In this document: positions 8,776 through 17,380 of the stretch, one piece after another
Position numbering within the stretch: the first letter of the stretch is position 1
How the letters are laid out: the number at the start of each line of letters is the position of its first letter
Source of the DNA: Candidatus Latescibacterota bacterium
GTDB taxonomy: Bacteria; Latescibacterota; UBA2968; UBA8231
Assembly: GCA_965261395.1 (NCBI GenBank)
Contig: OZ253462.1
Location: 1,824,001-1,888,000 of the forward strand
Reading direction: 5' to 3'
DNA: 64,000 nucleotides
Made by a program: the position numbers and the translations under genes
Notes under the pieces: generated by a model
What the model was told of the DNA's origin: nothing
The model's input: the letters and a program-made list of their open reading frames with translations, nothing else
Databases searched by the model: none

Positions 8776-11700
8776 TTAACTGGAATGGCGGAAGCCCACG
8801 GGTGCTTGTACCTTGGGCGTCAGCCGGGTGGATCGGGGGCCGATTAATTCCTCAATGCCGCGCAGCAAATCGTCGCAGGGATCGACGCGAATCGTCTTCG
8901 AGCGCACCATTTTGTCCTGCTCGTCGCCGTTTTTGAGCTGGAGCCATAGCTCGCAATCGCCCATGTGGCGCTCGCAGAGGTGGCGCAGCCGGCTGAGAAG
9001 GGGGTCGCCCGCTTTCTGGTAGGACAGGGACAGGGTGACGGACTTGGTCAGTTCCGCCCGCGCCGATTTGAGGGGCAGGGCGCGGTCGGCCTGTAAACTC
9101 AGGCGTCCGTTGCGCTCGCAAACGCGGCCCTCTACGAGGATGGTTTCGCCTTCCACGAGTAGCTGTTGGTGGTTGGCGAAGGCTTCGGCGAAAAACGCGA
9201 TATCACCCGTGCCTTTGAGGTCTTTGAGCGTGACAAAGGCAAAGGGATTGCCGCGGCGGTCGAAGAGCTTGCGCACCTCCTCGACTAGGCCGCCTACCCG
9301 CAGCGGCGCGCCGTTGTGCTGCCCGTCTATCTCGCTTAGGGGTCGCGCGAAGTTTTTTAAGTCGCGAGCGTAGGGCTTGAGCGGATGGCTAGAGATATAG
9401 AAGCCTAATAGGTCGCGTTCCTTGGCCAGCTTCTCGAGCTCGGACCACTCCTCGACATTGGGCAAGTCCTGTACCACCAGTTCGGACGAGCCGCCGCCGT
9501 CGAAGAGGCTGATCTGCCCTTTCTCGCGGGCTTCATGGGCCTTGCCCGCGGCCTTTAATGCCAGTTCTAGCGCCTCCATTTTCTGCGCGCGATGGCCTTC
9601 GAGGCCGTCCAATGCCCCAGCAGCAATCAGACTCTCGACCACGCGCCGGTTGACTGCGCGCAAGTCGATGCGCTCGCAGAACTCGAAGAGGGTGGTAAAA
9701 GGTCCGTCGGCAATCCGCGTATCGACCGTGCTCTGCGCCGCGCCCTCGCCGACGTTCTTGATCGCCGCCAAGCCATAGCGTATGCCCTCGTCAGTCGGCG
9801 TGAAGTTGAGCGTACTCTGGTTGATGTCCGGCGGCAGGACCCGGATACCTATGCGGCGGCATTCGTCGAGCAAGACGGTCAGCCGGTCGGTGTTGCCGCG
9901 CTCAATGGTCAGGCTGGCGGCCATGTACTCTTGGGGATAATTGGCCTTGAGGTACGCGTTTTTGTACGCGCCCTCGGCATAGCAGGCCGCGTGCGCCTTG
10001 TTGAAGCCATAGCCGGCAAAAATCTCGATCTCGCCGAACAGCTTGTTGGCCAATGTCTTTTCCACCTCGTGTGCGACGCAGCCGCCGACGAAGTCTTTTT
10101 TGACCTTGGCCATTTCCTCGGGCTTTTTCTTGCCCATTGCCTTGCGCAAAATATCGGCTTGGCCAAGAGTGAAACCGGCCAACTCTTGGGCAATGCGCAT
10201 GACCTGCTCCTGATAGACCATAACCCCATAGGTTGGCTCCAAAATCGACTCTAACTTGGGGTGGTCGTAGGCAACGGCCTCTTCGCCGTGCTTGCGGGCG
10301 ATGAAGGTCGGGATATTGTCCATCGGCCCTGGGCGGTACAGGGCATTCATGGCGATAATGTCTTCGATGGTGTCCGGCTTGAACTTGCTCAGATATTCGC
10401 GCATCCCCGCGGATTCAAACTGGAAAACGCCGATCGTCTCGCCGCGGCCGAACAAGTCGAAAGTGGCCCGGTCGTCCCACGGAATGACTTCCAAATCAAA
10501 GTCCGGCTCCTTGAGTTGAATCAGCCGCACGGCCTCATCGACCAGCGATAGCTCCTTCAAGCCCAAGATGTCAATCTTCAGCAAGCCGATGTCCATGCAG
10601 GTCTCGCCGACGAACTGGGTGGTTATCCTCCCGTCTTTGGGGGCGCGATAGAGCGGCACATAGTCGGTCAGTTCGCCGGGGGCGATAATGACAGCGCAGG
10701 CGTGGACCGAGGAGTGGCGCGCCATGCCTTCCAGCTTGCGGGCGTATTCGACCAGCTTGCCCTCGTTGCCAGACGCTTGGGCTATCTGCTGTAGCTCGGG
10801 CACCCGCTCGATGGCCTTGTCGAGGGTGATTTTCAGTTCGGTCGGCACCAGCTTGGCGATGCGAGCCACCTCGCCAATGGGCATACCCAAAACCCGCCCG
10901 ACATCGCGCACTACCGCTTTAGCCCCCATAGTCCCAAACGTGATGACCTGCGAGACGTTGTCCTTGCCGTACTTATCCACCACATAGCGCAGCACTTCGT
11001 CGCGCCGAGTGTCGTCAAAGTCGATGTCGATATCGGGCGGCTCAATGCGCTCGGGATTGAGGAAGCGCTCAAAGATTAGGTCGTACTTGATGGGATCTAC
11101 ATTGGTAATGCCGAGGCAATACGAGGCCAAGCAGCCAGCGGCTGAGCCGCGCCCCGGCCCCACGGAAATGCCCTCCTGGCGGGCGTAGCTGACGAGATCC
11201 CAGACGATGAGGAAATAGCCGGAAAAATCCTGGCTGGTGATGATGCTTAGCTCGTAGTCGAGCCGCTCCTGCACGGCCGGATCGACCGTGCCGTAGCGCT
11301 GCTCCAAACCCTCCTGCGCCAGTTGAGTCAGATAGTCGTCGCTAGAAGCGTAGCCAGCCGGGATCGGAAAATCCGGCATATAGGTTTTCCCGAACTCAAG
11401 CTCGACGTTGCATTTGTCGGCAATTTCGAGGGTCCGCTCCAGCGCGTCCGGCAAATCCGCAAACAGCGCCTGCATTTCTTCGGGACTCTTCATGTAGAGT
11501 CCGTCGGGATAGCACAGGCGATTTTTCTCGTCAACCGTCTTGCCGGTCTGAATGCAGATCAGGGCGTCGTGGGCATCGTGGTCGGTGGCGCGGAGGAAGT
11601 GGAAGTCGTTGGTGGCCACCAGCGGCACTCCCAGCTTGCGGTGCAGCTTGAGCAGGCCGTCGTTCACCTTGGCTTCGGGATCAATGTCGTGGCGCTGGAT

Positions 11701-12231
11701 CTCCAAGTAGTAGTCGTCGCCAAAGATATCCATAAATTCGCGGGCGACCGTTTCGGCTGCGGCTAGCCCTTCGCGCTGGATCAGATGCGGAATCTCGCCG
11801 CCGATGCAGGCCGACATGCATATTAGGCCCTCGGCGTGTTCGCGCAAAAGCTCCTTGTCTATGCGGGGATTGTAGTAGTAGCCTTCGAGATAGCCCTTGG
11901 AGACGAGCTTGGTCAGATTGCGGTAGCCGGTGGTGTCTTTGGCCAGCAAAATCAGGTGGTTGGAGGCGTGGGTTAGACCGCGAGCGGCCTGGCGCAAGTG
12001 GCGGCTATCAATCGCCACATAAACTTCGCAGCCGATGATGGGCTTAATACCAGCGGCTTGGCAGGTCTTGTAGTGCTCGATGACGCCGAAGAGGTTGCCG
12101 TGATCTGTGAGAGCTAAGGCAGGCATCCCCTGCTCGGCCGCCAACTCGGCCATCTCGCTAACCCGGCACCCTCCATCGAGCAGACTGTATTCGCTGTGAC
12201 CGTGTAAATGGACGAAATCAGCCGAAGCCAT
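8776..12231 (-). CDS. dnaE: DNA polymerase III alpha subunit
   Basis: PHP domain FVHLHGHSEYSLLDG, GPGRGSAAG, FERFLNPER.PPDIDIDF, YGFNKAH, and a C-terminal OB fold. Confidence 0.97.
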   Translation of the reverse strand: MASADFVHLHGHSEYSLLDGGCRVSEMAELAAEQGMPALALTDHGNLFGVIEHYKTCQAAGIKPIIGCEVYVAIDSRHLRQAARGLTHASNHLILLAKDTTGYRNLTKLVSKGYLEGYYYNPRIDKELLREHAEGLICMSACIGGEIPHLIQREGLAAAETVAREFMDIFGDDYYLEIQRHDIDPEAKVNDGLLKLHRKLGVPLVATNDFHFLRATDHDAHDALICIQTGKTVDEKNRLCYPDGLYMKSPEEMQALFADLPDALERTLEIADKCNVELEFGKTYMPDFPIPAGYASSDDYLTQLAQEGLEQRYGTVDPAVQERLDYELSIITSQDFSGYFLIVWDLVSYARQEGISVGPGRGSAAGCLASYCLGITNVDPIKYDLIFERFLNPERIEPPDIDIDFDDTRRDEVLRYVVDKYGKDNVSQVITFGTMGAKAVVRDVGRVLGMPIGEVARIAKLVPTELKITLDKAIERVPELQQIAQASGNEGKLVEYARKLEGMARHSSVHACAVIIAPGELTDYVPLYRAPKDGRITTQFVGETCMDIGLLKIDILGLKELSLVDEAVRLIQLKEPDFDLEVIPWDDRATFDLFGRGETIGVFQFESAGMREYLSKFKPDTIEDIIAMNALYRPGPMDNIPTFIARKHGEEAVAYDHPKLESILEPTYGVMVYQEQVMRIAQELAGFTLGQADILRKAMGKKKPEEMAKVKKDFVGGCVAHEVEKTLANKLFGEIEIFAGYGFNKAHAACYAEGAYKNAYLKANYPQEYMAASLTIERGNTDRLTVLLDECRRIGIRVLPPDINQSTLNFTPTDEGIRYGLAAIKNVGEGAAQSTVDTRIADGPFTTLFEFCERIDLRAVNRRVVESLIAAGALDGLEGHRAQKMEALELALKAAGKAHEAREKGQISLFDGGGSSELVVQDLPNVEEWSELEKLAKERDLLGFYISSHPLKPYARDLKNFARPLSEIDGQHNGAPLRVGGLVEEVRKLFDRRGNPFAFVTLKDLKGTGDIAFFAEAFANHQQLLVEGETILVEGRVCERNGRLSLQADRALPLKSARAELTKSVTLSLSYQKAGDPLLSRLRHLCERHMGDCELWLQLKNGDEQDKMVRSKTIRVDPCDDLLRGIEELIGPRSTRLTPKVQAPVGFRHSS

Positions 12232-12318
12232 GACACCTCCGCTACCTGTATGCGCTAGAAAAAAATCTGGACACTACGACTGGCCAAACTGCCTGGGGAA
12301 GGGCATCGCCTCGGGTGA

Positions 12319-12347
12319 AACATAGCCAATTCAAAAGGGGATGTCAA
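12319..12347 (-). promoter_or_regulatory. Putative sigma70 promoter of dnaE
   Basis: TTGACA-17 nt-TATGTT on the minus strand. Confidence 0.65.
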
Positions 12348-12363
12348 CGGCTCACAGAGGGAA

Positions 12364-12410
12364 TTATTTTTTCATAATATGTTATTATTATTTCATTTAT
12401 GAAAAAATAA
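12364..12410. repeat. AT-rich 14-bp perfect inverted repeat
   Basis: TTATTTTTTCATAA (12364-12377), a 19-nt spacer, then TTATGAAAAAATAA (12397-12410). Confidence 0.8.
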
Positions 12411-12516
12411 ATTTGTTGTACACCGCTGACAAAAAAGACCGTATCCGCCCGCACCGCGAACTTGTCGCTGGCAGCAGATCGGTCTATCTTTGGTTTTTTT
12501 CAAGGAGGTATATCTA

Positions 12517-12765
12517 ATGATCGACAAAGAACTGTTGGCGATTCTCGCCTGTCCCGAGACTAAGGAGCCGGTCGCTCTCGCCGAGGAAGAACTCATCGCC
12601 GAGCTCAACAGCCGCATCGCGCGCGGGGAAGTCAAAAATCGGGCTGGCAAGACCATCGAAGGCAAAATTGACGGCGGGCTGGTGCGCGCAGATGGCGCGT
12701 ACCTCTATCCGATACAGGACGAAATCCCCATCCTGCTCCTCGACGAGGCCATTCCACTACGCTAG
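12517..12765 (+). CDS. Trm112-like protein (YcaR/UPF0434)
   Basis: MIDKELLAILACPETK...YPIQDEIPILLLDEAI, with an AAGGAGG SD. Confidence 0.88.
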   Translation: MIDKELLAILACPETKEPVALAEEELIAELNSRIARGEVKNRAGKTIEGKIDGGLVRADGAYLYPIQDEIPILLLDEAIPLR

Positions 12766-12785
12766 CGCCTGCGCCGCGCTCAAAT

Positions 12786-12818
12786 AAAAAAGGGACTGTA
12801 CGATTGTACAGTCCCTTT
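12786..12818. terminator. Rho-independent terminator (tRNA-Leu / trm112)
   Basis: AAAGGGACTGTAC-gatt-GTACAGTCCCTTT with a flanking A-tract. Confidence 0.88.
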
Positions 12819-12834
12819 GCTAACTTACACATTA

Positions 12835-12919
12835 TGGTGCCGAAGCGGGGATTCGAACCCCGACGCCCTAAGGCACTGCCCCCTCAAGACAGCGTGTCTA
12901 CCAATTTCACCACTTCGGC
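12835..12919 (-). tRNA. tRNA-Leu(GAG)
   Basis: GCCGAAGTGGTGAAATTGGTAGACACGCTGTCTTGAGGGGGCAGTGCC...GGTTCGAATCCCCGCTTCGGCACCA. Long variable arm, encoded CCA, and the usual position after secG. Confidence 0.96.
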
Positions 12920-12939
12920 ACAAAAACTAGGCTGGCCTG

Positions 12940-13332
12940 CTACTGAGCTTCGGCCGGTGGCTCCTCAGCGGTTCCGGCCTCAGCCGGCTTTTCCTCCTCG
13001 CCTAGCAGGTGCTCTGCCTCCGGGATGGCGGGCACCGCTGCCGGCACCTGTTCCTCGGCCATCGTCCGTTGCGTTGCCGTCGTCGGGGTGGTCTCGGCCG
13101 TCTGAAAGGCCACCGACTGCACTAAACAGCTAAGCATAAAGGCCGTGGCCAGAATGGTCGTGGCCTTAGTCAGAAACGTGGCTGCGGTGCGACCGCCCAA
13201 CACTGAGGAAGAGGCTAAGCCACCGCCGATCGATCCGGCCAAGCCGCCCCCCTTGCCCGCCTGCAAGAGCACGGTCACGACTAGGAGCAAGCAAATCAGC
13301 ACGTGAAAAATCGTAAATAGAATCTCAAACAT
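12940..13332 (-). CDS. secG: Preprotein translocase subunit SecG
   Basis: Two TM segments, VLLQAGKGGGLAG...FLTKAT, and tpiA-secG-tRNA-Leu synteny. Confidence 0.93.
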   Translation of the reverse strand: MFEILFTIFHVLICLLLVVTVLLQAGKGGGLAGSIGGGLASSSVLGGRTAATFLTKATTILATAFMLSCLVQSVAFQTAETTPTTATQRTMAEEQVPAAVPAIPEAEHLLGEEEKPAEAGTAEEPPAEAQ

Positions 13333-13428
13333 AGTCTTATGATGGTTCCCAAGTATAGGAATTGCGAATTGCGAATTAGCACCGCCTCAACTCGTAATTC
13401 CCAATTAGTAATAGGAATAAATTTAAGG

Positions 13429-14181
13429 TTAAAGGGCGGCCTTCACAATAGCGGCAAACTGCCCGGCGTCTAGCGCGGCACCGCCGATCAAGCCCCCGTC
13501 GATGTTGTCTTGGGCAAAGAGCTCGGCGGCGTTTTCGGGTTTGACGCTGCCGCCGTACTGGATGCGCACCTCGTCGGCGTCGGCTTTTCCCAAGTGCCCA
13601 GCGAGGAAGTGGCGGATCATCGCATGGACCTCTTCGGCTTGCGCGGCCGTCGCCGTCACGCCCGTGCCAATCGCCCAAACCGGCTCGTACGCCCACAGTA
13701 CCGCGCTAGCGGCGCTCGCCTCAATCCCAGTTAGAGCACCTTCCACTTGGCCGAGGACGACCTCCTCAATTCGGCTGGCTTCGCGCTCTTGCAGGATCTC
13801 GCCGACGCAGACGATTGGGCAAAGGCCGGCTCGGAGGGCGCAGACTAGCTTGCGATTGACCTGCGAATCGTCCTCGCCGCAAAACTGCCTTCTCTCGGAG
13901 TGCCCTAGCAACACATAAGAGCAACCGGCCACCAAGAGCATGTCGGAGGATATTTCTCCGGTGAAAGCTCCCTGCCGCTCCCAGTGCATGTTCTGGGCCC
14001 CCAGTCCAATGGCGCTGTCGGCAAGGACCGTGCGCACGGGTTCCAAGCAGGTGAAGGGCGGGCAGACAACGACTTCTACGTCGAGTCCCGCGACGAGCGG
14101 CTTAATCCCTGCGACCAGCTCGACGGCCTCCGCAGCGGTCTTGTGCATCTTCCAGTTGCCAGCTACAATGGGTCGGCGCAT
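13429..14181 (-). CDS. tpiA: Triosephosphate isomerase
   Basis: AGNWKM, GHSERR, AYEPVWAIGTG and YGGSVK. Confidence 0.97.
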   Translation of the reverse strand: MRRPIVAGNWKMHKTAAEAVELVAGIKPLVAGLDVEVVVCPPFTCLEPVRTVLADSAIGLGAQNMHWERQGAFTGEISSDMLLVAGCSYVLLGHSERRQFCGEDDSQVNRKLVCALRAGLCPIVCVGEILQEREASRIEEVVLGQVEGALTGIEASAASAVLWAYEPVWAIGTGVTATAAQAEEVHAMIRHFLAGHLGKADADEVRIQYGGSVKPENAAELFAQDNIDGGLIGGAALDAGQFAAIVKAAL

Positions 14182-14182
14182 T

Positions 14183-15384
14183 TCAGCTTTCCTCGTCGTC
14201 TAAGACCGCCACCCCGGGCAAGATCCGCCCACTCATGTACTCCAAGGAAGCTCCGCCCCCAGTGGAGATGTGAGTCACCGCCTGGGCCAAGCCGGCCTGG
14301 GCTACCGCCGCGGCCGTGTCCCCGCCGCCAATAATGCTCACGGCACCCTCGCGGGTGGCGGCCGCTAGGGCTTGGGCGACCTGTTGGGTACCCTGGGCAA
14401 AGGGCACCATCTCACAGACTCCGAGGGGGCCGTTCCACACTATGGTGCCCCCGCGAGCGATCTGGTCGGCATAGCGCTGCCGGGTCTGGGGCCGATGTCC
14501 ATGCCCTGCCAACCGCGTGGTATGGCGTCGCGGGCGACCACTTGCACTTGGACGTCGGCGGCAAAGCGGTCGGCGACCACGCAATCCACCGGAAGCTGGA
14601 GATCCAATCCACCCTTTTCGACTCGGGTCAATAGCTGTCGGGCTGTATCTAGGCGGTCCTCTTCGAGCAGCGAATCCCCGATCTCCAACCCCATAGCTTT
14701 GAAAAAGGTATAGGCCATACCACCGCCGATAAGCAGGGCGTCCACTCGGTCGAGCAAGTGCTCAATCAGCTCGATCTTGCCCGAGATCTTGGCCCCGCCC
14801 AAAACGGCGGTAAATGGCCGCTGCGGACAGCGCAGCGTCTCGTCGAGATAGGCAATTTCCCGCTCCATCAACAGGCCGCTGGCCCCCGCGCCCATACAGC
14901 GCGGCACCCCCTCAGTCGAGGCATGGGCCCGGTGCGCCGCCCCAAAGGCGTCGTTGACGTACGCATCGCCCAATTCGGCTAAGTGCTGCGCAAAAGTCCG
15001 CTCGTTTTGTTCCTCTTGCGGGTGGAAGCGCACATTCTCTAAGAGCAGGACCTGCCCCGGCTGCAAGGCCGCGGCTTGGGCTGCAACCTCGGTCCCCACG
15101 CAATCTGGGGCCATGCCCACCGCGCGTCCCAACAACTGGCTTAAGCGCTCGGCTACCGGGGCCAGCGATAGCGCGGGGACTCGTCGGCCACGGGGGCGAC
15201 CCAAGTGCGACATCAGAATTACGGACGCACCCTGCGCCAACAAGTGCTCAACCGTTGGCAGAGCGGCGCGAATCCGCGTGTCGTCGACGATTCGGCCAGC
15301 TTCGTCGAGCGGCACGTTGAAATCCACTCGCACGAGGACCCGCTTGCCAGCCACATCGAGCTCCCTGATGGTGCGCTTAGCCAT
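14183..15384 (-). pseudogene. pgk: Phosphoglycerate kinase with a single-base frameshift near 14487-14490 (probably a sequencing artefact)
   Basis: N-terminal ORF (VRVDFNVP, LLENVRF, NDAFG..HRAHAS, GGAK, MDIGP) switches frame to a C-terminal part ([23 protein letters not shown]). Confidence 0.9.
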
Positions 15385-15388
15385 GCGA

Positions 15389-16441
15389 TCAACCGAAGAA
15401 TACTGTCGCTAGGTCGTATAGCTCTTGGTCCACGAGCTTGAGCTGATTGACCGCCTCGGCCAGTGGGATCGCCACGATTTCATTGCCTTGCAGACTCACC
15501 ATCTTGCCGAAGTCGCCGGCGTGAACCAAGTCGATGGCGGCAATGCCAAAGCGCGTACCCAAGACGCGATCGAAGGCCGTGGGTGTCCCCCCGCGCTGCA
15601 AGTGCCCTAGCACAGTCACCCGCGTCTCATAGCTCGTTCCCTCCTCGACCGCGTGGGCGACAAGTTGGCCGATGCCGCCTAGCTTGACGTGGCCGAACTC
15701 GTCGAGGCCCCCCTTGGAGACCACGTATTCGTTCTCCCCGCCTTCCTCGGAAACTAGTTGCGCTCCCTCGGCGACTACCACAATCGAAAAGTCCTTGCCG
15801 CGCTCGTGTCGCTTGCGGATGGTGCTGACGATTTCCTGGATGGTGTATTTCTGCTCGGGGATGAGGATCATATCCGCGCCACCGGCCAAGCCAGCGTGGA
15901 GGGCGATCCAACCACTGTGTCGCCCCATGACCTCGATGACCATCACTCGGTCGTGGGATTCGGCCGTGGTATGGATCCGGTCGATGGCCTCGGTGACGAT
16001 ATTGACCGCGGTGTCAAAGCCAAAAGTGTAGTCCGTGCCGTTCAGGTCGTTGTCGATGGTCTTGGGCACACCTACGATCGGCACGCTCATGTTCGCTAGC
16101 TTGTTGGCCACCCCCAGCGTGTCCTCGCCGCCGATGGCCACGAGCGCAGCCAACTTCATCCGCCGCATATTATCGACGACGATTTCGCCGCCGTCTTCTT
16201 CTCTGAACGGATTGGTGCGCGACGTACCGAGGATGGTGCCGCCCTTGGGCAAAATGCCGGAAATTTCCTCCAGACCCAAAGGCTCCCAGTCGCATTCCAT
16301 CATCCCTTTCCAGCCCTTGAGGATGCCGCGAAAGCGGTATCGGTATGCAGTAATGCCCTTGCGCACCACAGCGCGAATGACGGCGTTGAGGCCCGGACAG
16401 TCGCCTCCTCCGGTCAATATGCCGATCGTCTTTTCGGCCAT
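15389..16441 (-). CDS. pfkA: 6-phosphofructokinase, group III (likely PPi-dependent)
   Basis: GGGDCPGLNA, GGEDT, PKTIDND, EVMGR and GHLQRGG. Confidence 0.92.
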   Translation of the reverse strand: MAEKTIGILTGGGDCPGLNAVIRAVVRKGITAYRYRFRGILKGWKGMMECDWEPLGLEEISGILPKGGTILGTSRTNPFREEDGGEIVVDNMRRMKLAALVAIGGEDTLGVANKLANMSVPIVGVPKTIDNDLNGTDYTFGFDTAVNIVTEAIDRIHTTAESHDRVMVIEVMGRHSGWIALHAGLAGGADMILIPEQKYTIQEIVSTIRKRHERGKDFSIVVVAEGAQLVSEEGGENEYVVSKGGLDEFGHVKLGGIGQLVAHAVEEGTSYETRVTVLGHLQRGGTPTAFDRVLGTRFGIAAIDLVHAGDFGKMVSLQGNEIVAIPLAEAVNQLKLVDQELYDLATVFFG

Positions 16442-16472
16442 GTTCGGACTCCTTGGCTCGCGGCCAACTCTG

Positions 16473-16500
16473 AGTATAGCTTGGAGATGGGGGATTTCAA
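16473..16500 (-). promoter_or_regulatory. Putative sigma70 promoter of pfk-pgk-tpi
   Basis: TTGAAA-16 nt-TATACT on the minus strand. Confidence 0.6.
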
Positions 16501-16529
16501 AAAGGTCTAAATGTAGGCAATTATTAGAA

Positions 16530-17198
16530 TTAGGTCAATAGATCGCCCGCGCCCGAGCGCGCCAAGACAACGGCCCACAGGCGGTCGCTCCCCACAGCTT
16601 GGGCACAAGCAGCCATGGTCTCGCCGGTCGTCCACACGTCATCTACTATGCCAATCCGAGTGCCTGCCGGCAGCGCGCCCACGAGCGCAAAGGCACCGCG
16701 GAGATTGGCGCGGCGTTCCTCGGCCGACAAGAGGGCTTGCTGCCGAGTATTTTTCCGCCGCCGCACGACCCCGTGGTACACGGGCACGCCGAGCGCGGCT
16801 CCCAATCCAGCGGCGATTTCCGCGCTCTGATTGTAGCCGCGCTCCCGCCGCCGAGCCGGGTGCAAGGGCACGGGCAACAAGCAATCCAGCGGAGCGAATT
16901 GCTCGGCCAAGCACTGACCCATGCGCTGGCCCAATGCCTCTCCTAATCGCACTTGGTTGCGAAATTTAAGCGCGTAAATGGCCTGTTGCAGCACGCCGGT
17001 AAACGGCCCGAGGGAGACGACCTTTTCAAACGCACGTCCTCCGTCCTCGGGCCGAGGACGCGGATGGTGCGGCACAATCTCCGCCCAGCACGACCCGCAC
17101 AGCAGCGCGGCGGCCTCGATGTCCGCTTCGCACACCGCGCAGTGCGGCGGATAGGCAAAGTCCAATAGGGCGCGGCCCCACGTCTGTAGTGTTTCCAT
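16530..17198 (-). CDS. comF: ComF-family phosphoribosyltransferase-domain protein
   Basis: N-terminal CxxC...CxxC, PVPLH..R..ERGYNQS and IVDDVWTTG. Confidence 0.88.
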   Translation of the reverse strand: METLQTWGRALLDFAYPPHCAVCEADIEAAALLCGSCWAEIVPHHPRPRPEDGGRAFEKVVSLGPFTGVLQQAIYALKFRNQVRLGEALGQRMGQCLAEQFAPLDCLLPVPLHPARRRERGYNQSAEIAAGLGAALGVPVYHGVVRRRKNTRQQALLSAEERRANLRGAFALVGALPAGTRIGIVDDVWTTGETMAACAQAVGSDRLWAVVLARSGAGDLLT

Positions 17199-17380
17199 TT
17201 TACCCGCTGCTCGTTACCCAAGGACTACGCCATAGGCGCTCCGAACCACCTTAGGTACAACAAAGAAAAAAACGTGCCACGCCAACGCGCTGCACGCTTT
17301 TTTGCGGACTTGCCATAATTCACCCCTTTTTCGTATTTCCGATGATCCGTTACACACATACCCCGAACAGAGGATTGGTT

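Noticed and set aside
8776-12231. Intein or split dnaE
   Set aside because: Normal length (1151 aa), continuous motifs, and no intein splice motifs.
12232-12318. Riboswitch in the dnaE leader (weak hairpin plus U7)
   Set aside because: The stem is weak and there is no recognisable aptamer consensus.
12367-12395. dif (XerCD) site suggested by CATAA-TATGTT
   Set aside because: No TTATGTTAAAT-like XerD arm at the required 6-bp spacing.
14480-14500. Programmed ribosomal frameshift in pgk
   Set aside because: No X XXY YYZ slippery heptamer. A homopolymer indel is the simpler explanation.
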